Part shown: in pieces, positions 1 through 8,741 of the stretch
How positions within the stretch are numbered: the first letter of the stretch is position 1
Layout of the letters: each line of letters begins with the position of its first letter
Source of the DNA: Clostridia bacterium
GTDB taxonomy: Bacteria > Bacillota > Clostridia > Oscillospirales > Acutalibacteraceae
Assembly: GCA_900769535.1 (NCBI GenBank)
Contig: CAAGHB010000110.1
Location: 1 to 55,895 of the forward strand
Direction: 5' to 3'
DNA: 55,895 nt
The notes under the pieces: model-generated
Told to the model about the DNA's origin: nothing
What the model saw: only the letters and a program-made list of their open reading frames with translations
The model's database searches: none
Position numbers and translations under genes: made by a program

Positions 1-26
1 GGGTTCAAGTCCCTTCACCCGCACCA
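1..26 (+). tRNA. 3' end of a tRNA gene truncated by the window edge; isotype not determinable
   Basis: GGGTTCAAGTCCC T-arm with a GTTCAAGT-type loop, then a 7-nt acceptor strand, discriminator A and encoded CCA. An intrinsic terminator follows directly. Confidence 0.75.
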
Positions 27-31
27 AAACG

Positions 32-70
32 AAAATCCTGTCGATTATTATCGGCAGGATTTTTGTTTTG
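32..70 (+). terminator. Rho-independent terminator after the tRNA
   Basis: AAAATCCTGTCGAT / ATCGGCAGGATTTT stem with one G-T wobble, followed by TTTTTGTTTTG. Confidence 0.8.
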
Positions 71-73
71 TAT

Positions 74-175
74 TATTCATTTTTCATTATTCAATATTCA
101 TCATTCATTCGACAGGATTTTCAATGAATATTGAATAATGAAGTCGCTTACGCTGATGAATAATGAATAATTGAT
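74..175. repeat. Divergent arrays of TGAATAA-like heptamers, including a perfect 19-bp inverted repeat (83-101 / 124-142)
   Basis: Read on the minus strand, 74-108 gives TGAATGA TGAATAT TGAATAA TGAAAAA TGAATAA. The plus strand gives TGAATAT TGAATAA TGAAGTC at 125-145 and TGAATAA TGAATAA at 157-170. TTCATTATTCAATATTCAT is exactly complementary to ATGAATATTGAATAATGAA. Confidence 0.85.
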
Positions 176-316
176 TTAGATTAAAGTTTTTGCTATAATA
201 CACACAAGGCGGTGATGGAAAGCAAAACTTGATTTTTTATTTATTATTGTATATCACCTGTTTATGAGGTAATATTTAATATAGTAAACTAAATCAAGCA
301 AATAAGCGGGTGGATT

Positions 317-1678
317 ATGGAAAACAAGCTTGAAAAAAGATACGGCTTATTGACTGCGATATGCCTTATAGTCGGGTCGGTAATCGGCTCGGGCGTGTTT
401 TTTAAGGCGAACAAGGTGCTCGAAAACACAAACGGTAATATGACCGGTTGCCTTATCATCGTCGGTGGCGTCGGTTTAGTAATGCTGATATGCACCTACG
501 TTTTTTCTATCCTCGCCGGTCGGTATCAAAAGGTTAACGGCGTCATTGACTATGCCGAGGCGTCACTCGGAGAGGTGTACGGCTATGCTGTCGGCTGGTT
601 TATGACGACCGTTTATTATCCTACTCTTGCCTCAACTCTCGCATGGGTTTCGGCGGATTTTACCTGTATTTTGTTTAATCATAGGGGAGATAGCGGAATA
701 CGTCTCGCATTGGCTGGATTTTACCTTATTTTATCCTGCGCAATAAACGCCTTATCCCCAAAACTTGCCGGTCAAATTCAGGTATCGGCTACGGTGATAA
801 AGCTGATTCCGCTCATTATTATGGCTATAATCGGAACAGCAATCGGTCTTTCAAACGGAATGACGATTGAAGCATTGACCTCGACCATGCCTGACGGAAG
901 TGCTGCTTTTGATTTTTCGGGGATTTTTTCGGGAATGGTTGCCTTTGCGTTTGCCTTTGAGGGATGGATTATCACCACCTCAATCAATGCCGAGCTTCGC
1001 AATTCAAAGCGAAATTTGCCGATTGCGTTAATTTCGGGGTCAGTAATTGTAATACTGGTATATTTGTCATATTTTCTCGGACTTTCGGGTGTTTTGCCTA
1101 CCGAACGGCTGCTGTCTCCTGAAAGAAATGTTCCAATGGACGCCTTTTCCACCCTCTTTGGCAGTGATATTTTTGGAACGGCAGTATTTGTTTTTATCAT
1201 TATTTCTTGCCTCGGAGCCATGAACGGTGTAATGCTCGGTTGCAGCCGCGGAATGTTTTCTCTTGCGGCAAGAGGACGCGGCCCCGCACCCCGTATCTTT
1301 TCTCAAATCGATGCATCCACCAATATGCCGGTTAACTCGGCAATAATCGGGCTGCTTTTTACAGTTGTTTGGCTTGTTCAGTGGCAGCTCGGTGAAATGG
1401 GTGATAACGTTTTACCCGAAATTATCGGCTGGGAAAATAACGAACTTCCGGTAATAACAATGTATGCCGCCTACGTGCCGATTTTTATAATGCTGATTGT
1501 AAGGGGCAGGGAACTCGGTAAATTCAAGCGATTTATAATGCCTATACTTGCGATTGGCTGTTGTATATTTATGGTTTATGCGGCTGTTTCGGCTTATAAA
1601 ATGAGAGCGGTATATTATCTCTGTACATTTTTTGTAATAATGCTTATCGGAATGGCATTTTACAAAAAAAGGATATAA
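317..1678 (+). CDS. APC-superfamily amino acid permease; about 12 hydrophobic segments judged by eye
   Basis: 453-aa ORF, hydrophobic throughout, with an N-terminal GSVIGSGVFF motif typical of amino-acid/polyamine/organocation transporters. SD GGGTGGA lies before the ATG. Confidence 0.85.
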   Translation: MENKLEKRYGLLTAICLIVGSVIGSGVFFKANKVLENTNGNMTGCLIIVGGVGLVMLICTYVFSILAGRYQKVNGVIDYAEASLGEVYGYAVGWFMTTVYYPTLASTLAWVSADFTCILFNHRGDSGIRLALAGFYLILSCAINALSPKLAGQIQVSATVIKLIPLIIMAIIGTAIGLSNGMTIEALTSTMPDGSAAFDFSGIFSGMVAFAFAFEGWIITTSINAELRNSKRNLPIALISGSVIVILVYLSYFLGLSGVLPTERLLSPERNVPMDAFSTLFGSDIFGTAVFVFIIISCLGAMNGVMLGCSRGMFSLAARGRGPAPRIFSQIDASTNMPVNSAIIGLLFTVVWLVQWQLGEMGDNVLPEIIGWENNELPVITMYAAYVPIFIMLIVRGRELGKFKRFIMPILAIGCCIFMVYAAVSAYKMRAVYYLCTFFVIMLIGMAFYKKRI

Positions 1679-1722
1679 AATGAATTTTTGCATAAAATAA
1701 TTTACAAGGAGGTGTAAACGAT

Positions 1723-1878
1723 ATGAAATATGTATGCGACGTTTGCGGCTGGGTTTATGATGAAGAGGTCGGATGCGAAGAACAGGGTATTCCGGCAGGA
1801 ACAAAGTGGGAGGATTTGCCCGAAGATTTTAAGTGTCTTCTTTGCGGAGTAGGCAAGGATATGTTCAGCGCTGAATAA
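1723..1878 (+). CDS. Rubredoxin, 51 aa (below the ORF-track size cutoff)
   Basis: I translated MKYVCDVCGWVYDEEVGCEEQGIPAGTKWEDLPEDFKCLLCGVGKDMFSAE. It has two CxxCG iron-binding knuckles and the conserved WEDLP/F core. Strong SD AAGGAGGTG lies 7 nt upstream and a terminator follows. Confidence 0.9.
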   Translation: MKYVCDVCGWVYDEEVGCEEQGIPAGTKWEDLPEDFKCLLCGVGKDMFSAE

Positions 1879-1891
1879 AAAGTAATATCAT

Positions 1892-1931
1892 AAAAACAGC
1901 GGCAGGGTAATACCTGTCGCCGTTTTTATTT
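1892..1931 (+). terminator. Rho-independent terminator after the rubredoxin gene
   Basis: ACAGCGGCAGG / CCTGTCGCCGT stem (one mismatch, one wobble) followed by TTTTTATTT. Confidence 0.7.
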
Positions 1932-2003
1932 ATAAATATTGTATTTTCGACAGAAATGTGGTAATATAGTTAAGTAAAAAGTGCAAATTATGAGGTTTTT
2001 GTA

Positions 2004-2648
2004 ATGAAAAGCGAAGTAAAAACACGAATTAAGGAAAGTAAACACATTTTGCTTTTTTTGCTGTTCGTTATATGCGAAGTTGCTTATTTTTTAACCCAGT
2101 TTCGCAATGTGGATTATAATATAATACATATTGAGCTTGACGATTATATACCGTTTTTGCCCGTTTTTGTTATTCCGTATGTGATTTGGTATGCGTATGT
2201 GCCGGCAGGAATGCTGTATAATTGCTTCACGGATAAGAGGGCGTTTTGTAAGCAGATTTTGACGGTGGTTTCGGGAATGACGATTTCGATTATTATTTTC
2301 TGTCTTTATCCTACGTCGGTTGATTTCAGACCATCTGCCGAAGGGGACGGTGTGTTTTTATGGATATGCCGTTTGTTGTTTTCAAAGGATAAACCGATAA
2401 ATGTATTTCCGAGTATGCACTGTTTTGAAGCGGTAATAATTCATCTCACTGCGTTCAGGAATGAAAGGTTGCGGAGAAACATTCTGTTTCGTGTCGGCTC
2501 GGCGATTTTGTCGGTGCTGATTTGCCTTTCCACCGTGTTTATAAAGCAACATTCGGTGGTTGATTTATTTGGCGGAGTAGCCCTCGCGTTTATACTTTAT
2601 TTTATCGTTTACACCTTGCCTGAAATAATTAAGCGCAAAAAAAGATGA
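2004..2648 (+). CDS. PAP2-superfamily integral membrane protein (phosphatase/phosphotransferase-like)
   Basis: 214 aa and multi-TM. PSMH and SxxxxxxHSVVD motifs resemble the C2/C3 motifs of PAP2. Confidence 0.7.
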   Translation: MKSEVKTRIKESKHILLFLLFVICEVAYFLTQFRNVDYNIIHIELDDYIPFLPVFVIPYVIWYAYVPAGMLYNCFTDKRAFCKQILTVVSGMTISIIIFCLYPTSVDFRPSAEGDGVFLWICRLLFSKDKPINVFPSMHCFEAVIIHLTAFRNERLRRNILFRVGSAILSVLICLSTVFIKQHSVVDLFGGVALAFILYFIVYTLPEIIKRKKR

Positions 2649-2670
2649 TGTAAAAAAAGAAAGAAGCCAT

Positions 2671-3162
2671 CTATACACATGGCTTCTTTCTTTTTGTCGT
2701 ACGAATTATTTTTATAAAAATTAAATAAATCCCGGCAAATACAGCGGCGCCGCAGGTGTCGATGAGTACGTCGCCGAGACGACAGGCACGACCCGACACA
2801 AAAAGCTGATGGATTTCGTCGGTTGCGGCATAAATCAGCGAGATTAAAACGGCTAAAATTGCCCGATTTATTGGTAGAAAATCGTTAAAAAGCAAAGCCA
2901 AAACAAGTAACGCCGATAAAATAAAATATTCGGTTAAATGTGCAATTTTACGCACAATATGCTCGGCGGTGTCTATGATTTCTGCTTGTTCATCGAGTGA
3001 CAGCGAATCAAATCCGGGATATATTTGACTAATTATTTTTGCGGTTGTACTGCTGCTTATTTGCCCCGATATTGCCGCATTTTGCCCCGAAAAGAAGAAA
3101 ATCAAAACCATCCACAAAATTACCAGAAGCCAGGATAAACATTGAAATATTCTTTTTGTCAT
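2671..3162 (-). CDS. VanZ-family membrane protein
   Basis: 163 aa with 4 TM segments. KIAHLTEYFILS and DEIHQ.F..GR motifs are typical of VanZ-like proteins. SD GGAGA present. Confidence 0.75.
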   Translation of the reverse strand: MTKRIFQCLSWLLVILWMVLIFFFSGQNAAISGQISSSTTAKIISQIYPGFDSLSLDEQAEIIDTAEHIVRKIAHLTEYFILSALLVLALLFNDFLPINRAILAVLISLIYAATDEIHQLFVSGRACRLGDVLIDTCGAAVFAGIYLIFIKIIRTTKRKKPCV

Positions 3163-3224
3163 ATTTTTACATCTCCGATAATGGCTATGAAGTTATTTTA
3201 CTATGTTTATCACGATATATCAAT

Positions 3225-3264
3225 ATAAAAAAACGAAACCAATGTTTTTGCATTGGTTTCGTTT
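3225..3264 (-). terminator. Rho-independent terminator after the PBP gene (minus strand)
   Basis: AAACGAAACCAATG / CATTGGTTTCGTTT 14-bp stem; the A-run on plus gives a T-tract on minus. Confidence 0.85.
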
Positions 3265-3284
3265 AATGTTATTGCTGAATTCAT

Positions 3285-5939
3285 TTAAGCCGCTTGGCTT
3301 GCAGTTGAATTTGTAGCAGTGGAAGCGGTGTTCGATTCTGCCGGCTGAGAGCCGGTAGTCGTGCTGGACGTGTCGCCCGAATTCGTTCCCGACGAATCAC
3401 CCGAAGAAGTTCCTGATGAATCACCCGATGAAGCGCCCGACGAATCGCCTGACGAAGCACCTGATGAATCGCTTGAAGATGATTCTTCCTCATCTCCGAC
3501 TAGCGCTTTATGCTTTCCTACACATACCGGCGCATAGTCCTTTTTGTAATATCCAACACGCGTTTCATCCTCGCATTTTGAGCTCTTAATGAGTCCCGAG
3601 TGGATACAGTAATGAGCGGTTTTAACGTTGCTTGATTTGGGGAAGGATTTCTTTTTAAGATCCTTGTGAATATCCTTGAAAATCGCTTTCCAGAGTCTCA
3701 GCGCAGGGTTAGTGCCCGATGAAAGACTGTTCATTGATTTCGGCGGGTCGTAGCCAAACCAGCAAGCAGCAACGTAGTAGGGTGTGCCGCCAACGAAATA
3801 ACGTCCCTTATTATTGCTTGTAGTACCTGTTTTTGCAATTACCTGCCATCCGCTCATACCTGCCGAACCGGCGGTACCTCTTGATCCGGTAACTACCGTA
3901 CGAAGCAGTTGATTCATAATATAAGCGGTATCTTCGCTGAGTGCCTGTTCGCTTTCGCCGCTGTATTGCAAAACGGGATCCTTGTAATTATCGAGTGTCT
4001 CGCGTGAGCTGAGTACGAGCTCGTAAAGGGTCGGCTCGTAGTATTTACCGCCGTTACCGAAGGTGGCATAAGCCGCCGACATTTCTAATGTGGTAACGCC
4101 GTATGTGCTTCCGCCGAGAGCCATACCCGAAACGTTTTTATCCTGGTCAACAAGGGTTGAAAAATGGAAACGCTCGGTGGCAAAATTATATGCTTTTTCT
4201 TCACCGTAGTCGATAAGAATACGCGCAGGAACAAGGTTTAGTGAACGTTCGAGCGCATTTTGAACGGTAACGGGACCGCTTGTTGAACGGTCATAGTTTT
4301 TGAGCTTTGTGCCGTTATAGGTCAGTGCCGAATTTTCGACAAGGGTCGACCAAGTGATAAGATTGTCTTCGAGTGCGGCGGCATAAATGCCTACCGGCTT
4401 CATCGAAGAGCCCGGCTGGTGAGGTGCAGTAGCGTGGTTAAGTCCTCGGCTGACCGTCTTTTCACCTCGTCCGCCGCATATTGCAACAACGTGACCTTCA
4501 TAGTCCATAATGGTAATTGCGCCGTTCGGCAATCCCTTTACGCTATATACCTTTGACCAGTTTTTATCGGTGGTAAATACTTCGTCAACCGTCTTTTGTA
4601 TACTTGTGTCGAGGGTGGCGTAAATCTTGTATCCGCCGGTGTATAAAACGTCCTCAGCGCGTTCCTTTGTGTATCCCTTTTTCTCAACGAGGTCGTCAAC
4701 GAGCTGGTCGATAAGGGTGTCTGTAAAGTAGGAGAAAACCTCTTTTTCAGTTGTTTCTTCTTTTTTATTTGATTCGCCGCTTTCTTCCATTTCGGCGGCT
4801 GCCTGTTCGTCGGAAATGTCGTTACCGCTTGACTGAATGGCGTCGTAACGCTTTCCGGCGATACCGAAAAGTTCAACCTCGGATGCAATAGCCGCATCTC
4901 TTTCTGCTTCTGTAATGTATCCTTGGGCGCACATTTCTCTGATAACCCAGTCACGACGGTTCTTGTGCTTTTCGGTTTTTGTAATCGGGTCGTATGCGGC
5001 CGGCTCTTTTGTAATGGCGGCAAGTGAAGCGCATTCCTGAATGTTCAGCTCCGAGCTTGACTTGTCAAAGTAGTATTCAGCCGCCGATTCAACACCGTAG
5101 CAGTTATTGAACAGATAGATGTAATTGAGATAACATTCGATTATGACGTCCTTTGTATAGGTTTCGTCTATCTTTCTTGCCCTCATGATTTCGCGAATTT
5201 TTCTCATCGGGCTGACGTCGTTATCGTTTGTAAGGTTTTTAATCAGCTGTTGGTTGATGGTCGAACCGCCCTGCTGTGAGCCGAGGAAGGGAACTATCAT
5301 ATTTGCAAAGGATGCAATTGTTCTTTTCCAGTCTACACCGCTGTGGGTGTAAAAACGCTGGTCCTCTGCCGCAACAAAGGCGTGGGGCAGGTGAGCCGTC
5401 ATATTTTCAAGGTCGACCCATTCGCGATTTTCCTTAAACAGCTCCTGATAAACGACCCACTCGTTCGGATTGTTTTCATCACGGACGTATATTACGGATT
5501 TTTGGTTAACAGTAAGGTCGTTGAGGTTAAAGTCAATGGAATCGTCAACAAATCCGAACATATAAATACCGAATGCGCCAATTACAAGCACCGCGGCAAT
5601 TATTCCGATGAGAAAAATGGATAATGCAATCTTGCCAACCGTTCCCAAAATACGTCTTGTTTTGGTCTGTGGCTTTTTCTCCTTCTTTTTTGAGGGTTTA
5701 CCTGATTTTACATCTGCGCTGTTTGAAGAAAGGTCATTTTTTTCTCTTCCTGCTGAATTGTATCGCGAAGATGACGGACGAGTGTTTCGGCTTAAACTGT
5801 TACGAGACGAACTGCGCGTATTTTTATTATTTGCAGTCGAACGCGGACGTCCCGTCTGTCCCGAAGATGTGGTGCTGAAACCGCTTGAACGCGACTGTTC
5901 GTCGTCAAAGCCGTTTCTTCGCTCATAATCGCCGGTCAT
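3285..5939 (-). CDS. Class A penicillin-binding protein (bifunctional glycosyltransferase/transpeptidase) with disordered S/R-rich N-tail and S/G/D-rich C-tail
   Basis: GT51 motif EDQRFYTHSGVD. Transpeptidase motifs SSMKP (SxxK), SLN (SxN) and KTGTT (KTG). One N-terminal TM segment. SD GGAGG present. Confidence 0.95.
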   Translation of the reverse strand: MTGDYERRNGFDDEQSRSSGFSTTSSGQTGRPRSTANNKNTRSSSRNSLSRNTRPSSSRYNSAGREKNDLSSNSADVKSGKPSKKKEKKPQTKTRRILGTVGKIALSIFLIGIIAAVLVIGAFGIYMFGFVDDSIDFNLNDLTVNQKSVIYVRDENNPNEWVVYQELFKENREWVDLENMTAHLPHAFVAAEDQRFYTHSGVDWKRTIASFANMIVPFLGSQQGGSTINQQLIKNLTNDNDVSPMRKIREIMRARKIDETYTKDVIIECYLNYIYLFNNCYGVESAAEYYFDKSSSELNIQECASLAAITKEPAAYDPITKTEKHKNRRDWVIREMCAQGYITEAERDAAIASEVELFGIAGKRYDAIQSSGNDISDEQAAAEMEESGESNKKEETTEKEVFSYFTDTLIDQLVDDLVEKKGYTKERAEDVLYTGGYKIYATLDTSIQKTVDEVFTTDKNWSKVYSVKGLPNGAITIMDYEGHVVAICGGRGEKTVSRGLNHATAPHQPGSSMKPVGIYAAALEDNLITWSTLVENSALTYNGTKLKNYDRSTSGPVTVQNALERSLNLVPARILIDYGEEKAYNFATERFHFSTLVDQDKNVSGMALGGSTYGVTTLEMSAAYATFGNGGKYYEPTLYELVLSSRETLDNYKDPVLQYSGESEQALSEDTAYIMNQLLRTVVTGSRGTAGSAGMSGWQVIAKTGTTSNNKGRYFVGGTPYYVAACWFGYDPPKSMNSLSSGTNPALRLWKAIFKDIHKDLKKKSFPKSSNVKTAHYCIHSGLIKSSKCEDETRVGYYKKDYAPVCVGKHKALVGDEEESSSSDSSGASSGDSSGASSGDSSGTSSGDSSGTNSGDTSSTTTGSQPAESNTASTATNSTASQAA

Positions 5940-6325
5940 AAAATCGCCTCCTGTTTAAAAAGTTGTATGCTTATTTGAAATAAATTCAATTGCTGAACCT
6001 TTATTATAACACATTTTTCCAAAAATAAAGTTACAGTATTTTAATCTTTTTGTAATTCATCCTTGACCGAGGTAGAAAAAACTGCTATCATATTTTAAAA
6101 ATATAAATGTAAAGGCGCAATGATACATATATATAATATCACATCTATTTTTAAATTTCCAGTATAATTTCATTTGATTTTAGTGTTAGATTGCGAAAAT
6201 ATCTACTTATTTGTTTACTTTTAATTCATATTTTTGAAAACCTTGCGAAACATATTTATATTATTATGCAATTAAAGTTTAATTATATGGTTTCCTTAAT
6301 TCTTTTTTGTTCGGAGGAATAATAA

Positions 6326-7756
6326 ATGAACGAGTATAACAGGGATAATTTCAACAATAATTCAGCTGATACGAGTAATGATAATAACGGTGAACAGAAT
6401 TACAGCTACAAAAGCGAACAGATAATTCAGGATTCCGATTATTCGAATCAGGATAATAAAAATGAGCAACAGCCCCGTCAGCAATATACCTATCAATCGC
6501 GTCAGCAGCAATATAATCAGCCGAATTACAACGGATATGGCTATGGCGGCTATACGGGCGGATACAATTATACACACCAAACGGGCCAACATACCCCTCA
6601 GTCCTCCGTTTCGGTAAAGAAAAAGCAACCGCGTTCAGTATCAATTGGAACGGTAATCGTCTGTATGATTATTACTGTATTTTTGAGCAGTATTGCTTCT
6701 GTTTTGATAGCAAGTTCTGTTAAAATAAAGTCAAACGGTACAAACAGCGGAAATATAGCAAACGAAACAACGATTATTCAGTCAACCGTAGAAATGTCAC
6801 AGGTCGAAGCAGTAGCTACTGCCGTAACACCCAGCGTTGTTTGTATCGAAGTGACAACAAAGACACAGAATAATTCATATTCTCCCTTTTTCGGAAATTA
6901 CGGCGGCAGCCAGGTGTATGAAGCCACAAGCTACGGCTCGGGAGTTATTTATTCAACCGATGGATACATTATTACCAATTATCACGTTATTTCGGGTGTG
7001 TATAGCTCAAATACGGTTGGTTCAAAGGTAGAGGTTTATCTTAACGAAGATAGCGAAAACGGAATAACAGCGTCGATAGTCGGTTATAATTCGGCAGCTG
7101 ACCTTGCCGTGTTAAAGATTGAAAAATCAGGTCTTCCTGCTATAAAAATCGGCGATTCGTCAAAGCTTGTTATCGGTCAAACGGTAATTGCAATAGGTAA
7201 CCCCGGCGGAATTGAATTTGCCGGTTCGGTTACAAGCGGAATTATCAGCGGACTCGACCGAAAGCTGTCGGTCGATTCGGTTACAATGTCACTTGTACAG
7301 ACCGATGCAGCAATCAATCCGGGTAATTCCGGAGGAGCGCTTGTTGACGTTCAGGGACAGCTTATCGGCGTGCCGAATGTTAAGATTTCTGCCGACGGAT
7401 ACGAAGGAATGGGCTTTTGCATTCCTGTAAATACCGTTGTCGAAATCTGCAATAATATTATCGAAAACGGAATGGACGGAACACCTTCCGACTCTGCGCC
7501 TTATCTTGGCGTTGAAATAAACAGTAGTTTTGCCGGCGGCGCTTATGTTGCATCGGTAAGCGAAGGCGGACCTGCTGAAAAGGCGGGACTTAAAAGCGGC
7601 GACATCATCATTTCCTTCGACGGAACTAAAATAACGGGATATGATGATTTGGTCAACGCAATAAACAGCCATAAGGCAGGGGATACCGTTAATCTTGGAA
7701 TTTACCGTAACGGTAAGGAAGGCACGGTTTCGGTAACGCTTGGCTCAAACGGATAA
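6326..7756 (+). CDS. htrA: HtrA/DegP-family serine protease with C-terminal PDZ domain and a Q/N/Y/G-rich N-terminal tail
   Basis: Catalytic triad contexts NYHVI, DLAVLK and GNSGGAL. PDZ-like segment GGAYVASV...GLKSGDII. One TM segment at about residue 105. SD GGAGG present. Confidence 0.93.
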   Translation: MNEYNRDNFNNNSADTSNDNNGEQNYSYKSEQIIQDSDYSNQDNKNEQQPRQQYTYQSRQQQYNQPNYNGYGYGGYTGGYNYTHQTGQHTPQSSVSVKKKQPRSVSIGTVIVCMIITVFLSSIASVLIASSVKIKSNGTNSGNIANETTIIQSTVEMSQVEAVATAVTPSVVCIEVTTKTQNNSYSPFFGNYGGSQVYEATSYGSGVIYSTDGYIITNYHVISGVYSSNTVGSKVEVYLNEDSENGITASIVGYNSAADLAVLKIEKSGLPAIKIGDSSKLVIGQTVIAIGNPGGIEFAGSVTSGIISGLDRKLSVDSVTMSLVQTDAAINPGNSGGALVDVQGQLIGVPNVKISADGYEGMGFCIPVNTVVEICNNIIENGMDGTPSDSAPYLGVEINSSFAGGAYVASVSEGGPAEKAGLKSGDIIISFDGTKITGYDDLVNAINSHKAGDTVNLGIYRNGKEGTVSVTLGSNG

Positions 7757-7770
7757 GAATTAAAGTAAAT

Positions 7771-7806
7771 AAAAAAACCGCACATCCGAGATGTGCGGTT
7801 TTTTTA
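7771..7806. terminator. Bidirectional intrinsic terminator (htrA on plus, PqqD-like gene on minus)
   Basis: CCGCACATC / GATGTGCGG stem flanked by an A7 run and a T7 run. Confidence 0.9.
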
Positions 7807-7823
7807 TATTTTAAAAATATAGA

Positions 7824-8087
7824 TTATTCAAATAAACCGGCCTTTTCGATGTCGCTGATAAAGTCGTCAACACCGATTGCAGCTGTGCTTTCGTCAACTT
7901 CGTATTCCTTTAAAATTTCGGCTATCAGCTCGTCTCTTTCAGCGCCCTTTTCAAGCAATTTCCAGAGAAACGCGCCTGTGCCGTTAAGCATAATAACGCC
8001 GTTAAAGCCGTTATTATCTGCGCTTGTGCTTACTACCATGTGTTCACCTGCGACCTCGCGAAGCTGGTATGTTGATTTAATTTTCAT
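7824..8087 (-). CDS. PqqD-family protein (RiPP recognition element-like), stand-alone
   Basis: 87 aa. The pattern ...REVAGEHMVV...LNGTGAFLWKLLEKG...ELIAEILKEYEVD...DVDDFISDIEKAGL matches the PqqD winged-helix fold pattern. SD AAGGAGA lies 7 nt before the ATG. Confidence 0.8.
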   Translation of the reverse strand: MKIKSTYQLREVAGEHMVVSTSADNNGFNGVIMLNGTGAFLWKLLEKGAERDELIAEILKEYEVDESTAAIGVDDFISDIEKAGLFE

Positions 8088-8247
8088 AATCCAATCTCCT
8101 TATTTTTTTATACCAATTTAATTTTAATGCTTTCTAATCGGTTTGTCAAGAGATGTTAACAAAATGATTGCGGTCACATATATTGTATAGAGGTTTGTCT
8201 AAAAAATGGGCTAATCTCTCTTAATAAGCTTTGAAAAGAGGCAGTAT

Positions 8248-8466
8248 ATGTTGAATAAAAGCAATTACGTCAACGCCTTTGATTGCGAAACGCTTCCTGC
8301 AACCGAGGGCGCTCAACCTATAAAAAACGCTGTTTTAGCAATGGCATATGTTCCTATTCAGGAACTTAATACCGTTTATACCGAAGAGGATGCGCTTTGT
8401 CAGGGAACACTTTTTCCTGATCTTGACAAGCCGTTCCACAAAGGATTTGGAGGGGTAAGAAGATGA
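8248..8466 (+). CDS. cotJA: Spore coat-associated protein CotJA
   Basis: 72 aa with conserved AMAYVPIQ....Y....AL..GT.FP.L..PF; first gene of a cotJABC arrangement. Confidence 0.85.
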   Translation: MLNKSNYVNAFDCETLPATEGAQPIKNAVLAMAYVPIQELNTVYTEEDALCQGTLFPDLDKPFHKGFGGVRR

Positions 8467-8741
8467 GTGATAGGGATATGCTTATGCGCCGACTTTCGAG
8501 TGCGCAGTTTGCCGCTTGGGAAATGCACATCTATCTTGATACCCACCCGAATGACCGTGCAGCACTGATGTCTATGCGCAAATATGAGGAAAAAGCACGT
8601 GCCCTGAGGGCTGAATATGAAAAACGTTTTGGACCCATAAGACCGATGGATATGTATGGTGATACCCGATTTGAATGGGTAAAGGACCCGTGGCCGTGGG
8701 ACGTCGAGTGTCCGCTTAGCTTAGGGGAGGTAGATGACTGA
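8463..8741 (+). CDS. cotJB: Spore coat protein CotJB
   Basis: 92 aa. The segment FA.WE..LYLDTHP....A is typical of CotJB. 4-nt overlap with cotJA. Confidence 0.85.
   Translation: MSDRDMLMRRLSSAQFAAWEMHIYLDTHPNDRAALMSMRKYEEKARALRAEYEKRFGPIRPMDMYGDTRFEWVKDPWPWDVECPLSLGEVDD

Noticed and set aside
1-316. tRNA-adjacent position as a possible genomic-island or prophage attachment site
   Set aside because: There is no integrase, no recognisable direct repeat of the tRNA 3' end that I could spot, and the adjacent genes are ordinary chromosomal genes.
3281-3493. 70-aa ORF overlapping the S/G/D-rich tail of PBP1A, and the 6351-6644 ORFs opposite the HtrA Q/N-rich tail
   Set aside because: These are low-complexity repeat DNA read in other frames or on the other strand. 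They are not independent genes.
4538-5023. 161-aa same-strand alternative-frame ORF inside the PBP1A gene
   Set aside because: It is embedded in a gene with complete GT51/transpeptidase motifs. It has a proline/lysine/threonine-rich low-complexity translation and no SD. The 27330-27944 ORF inside spoIIE is rejected for the same reasons.
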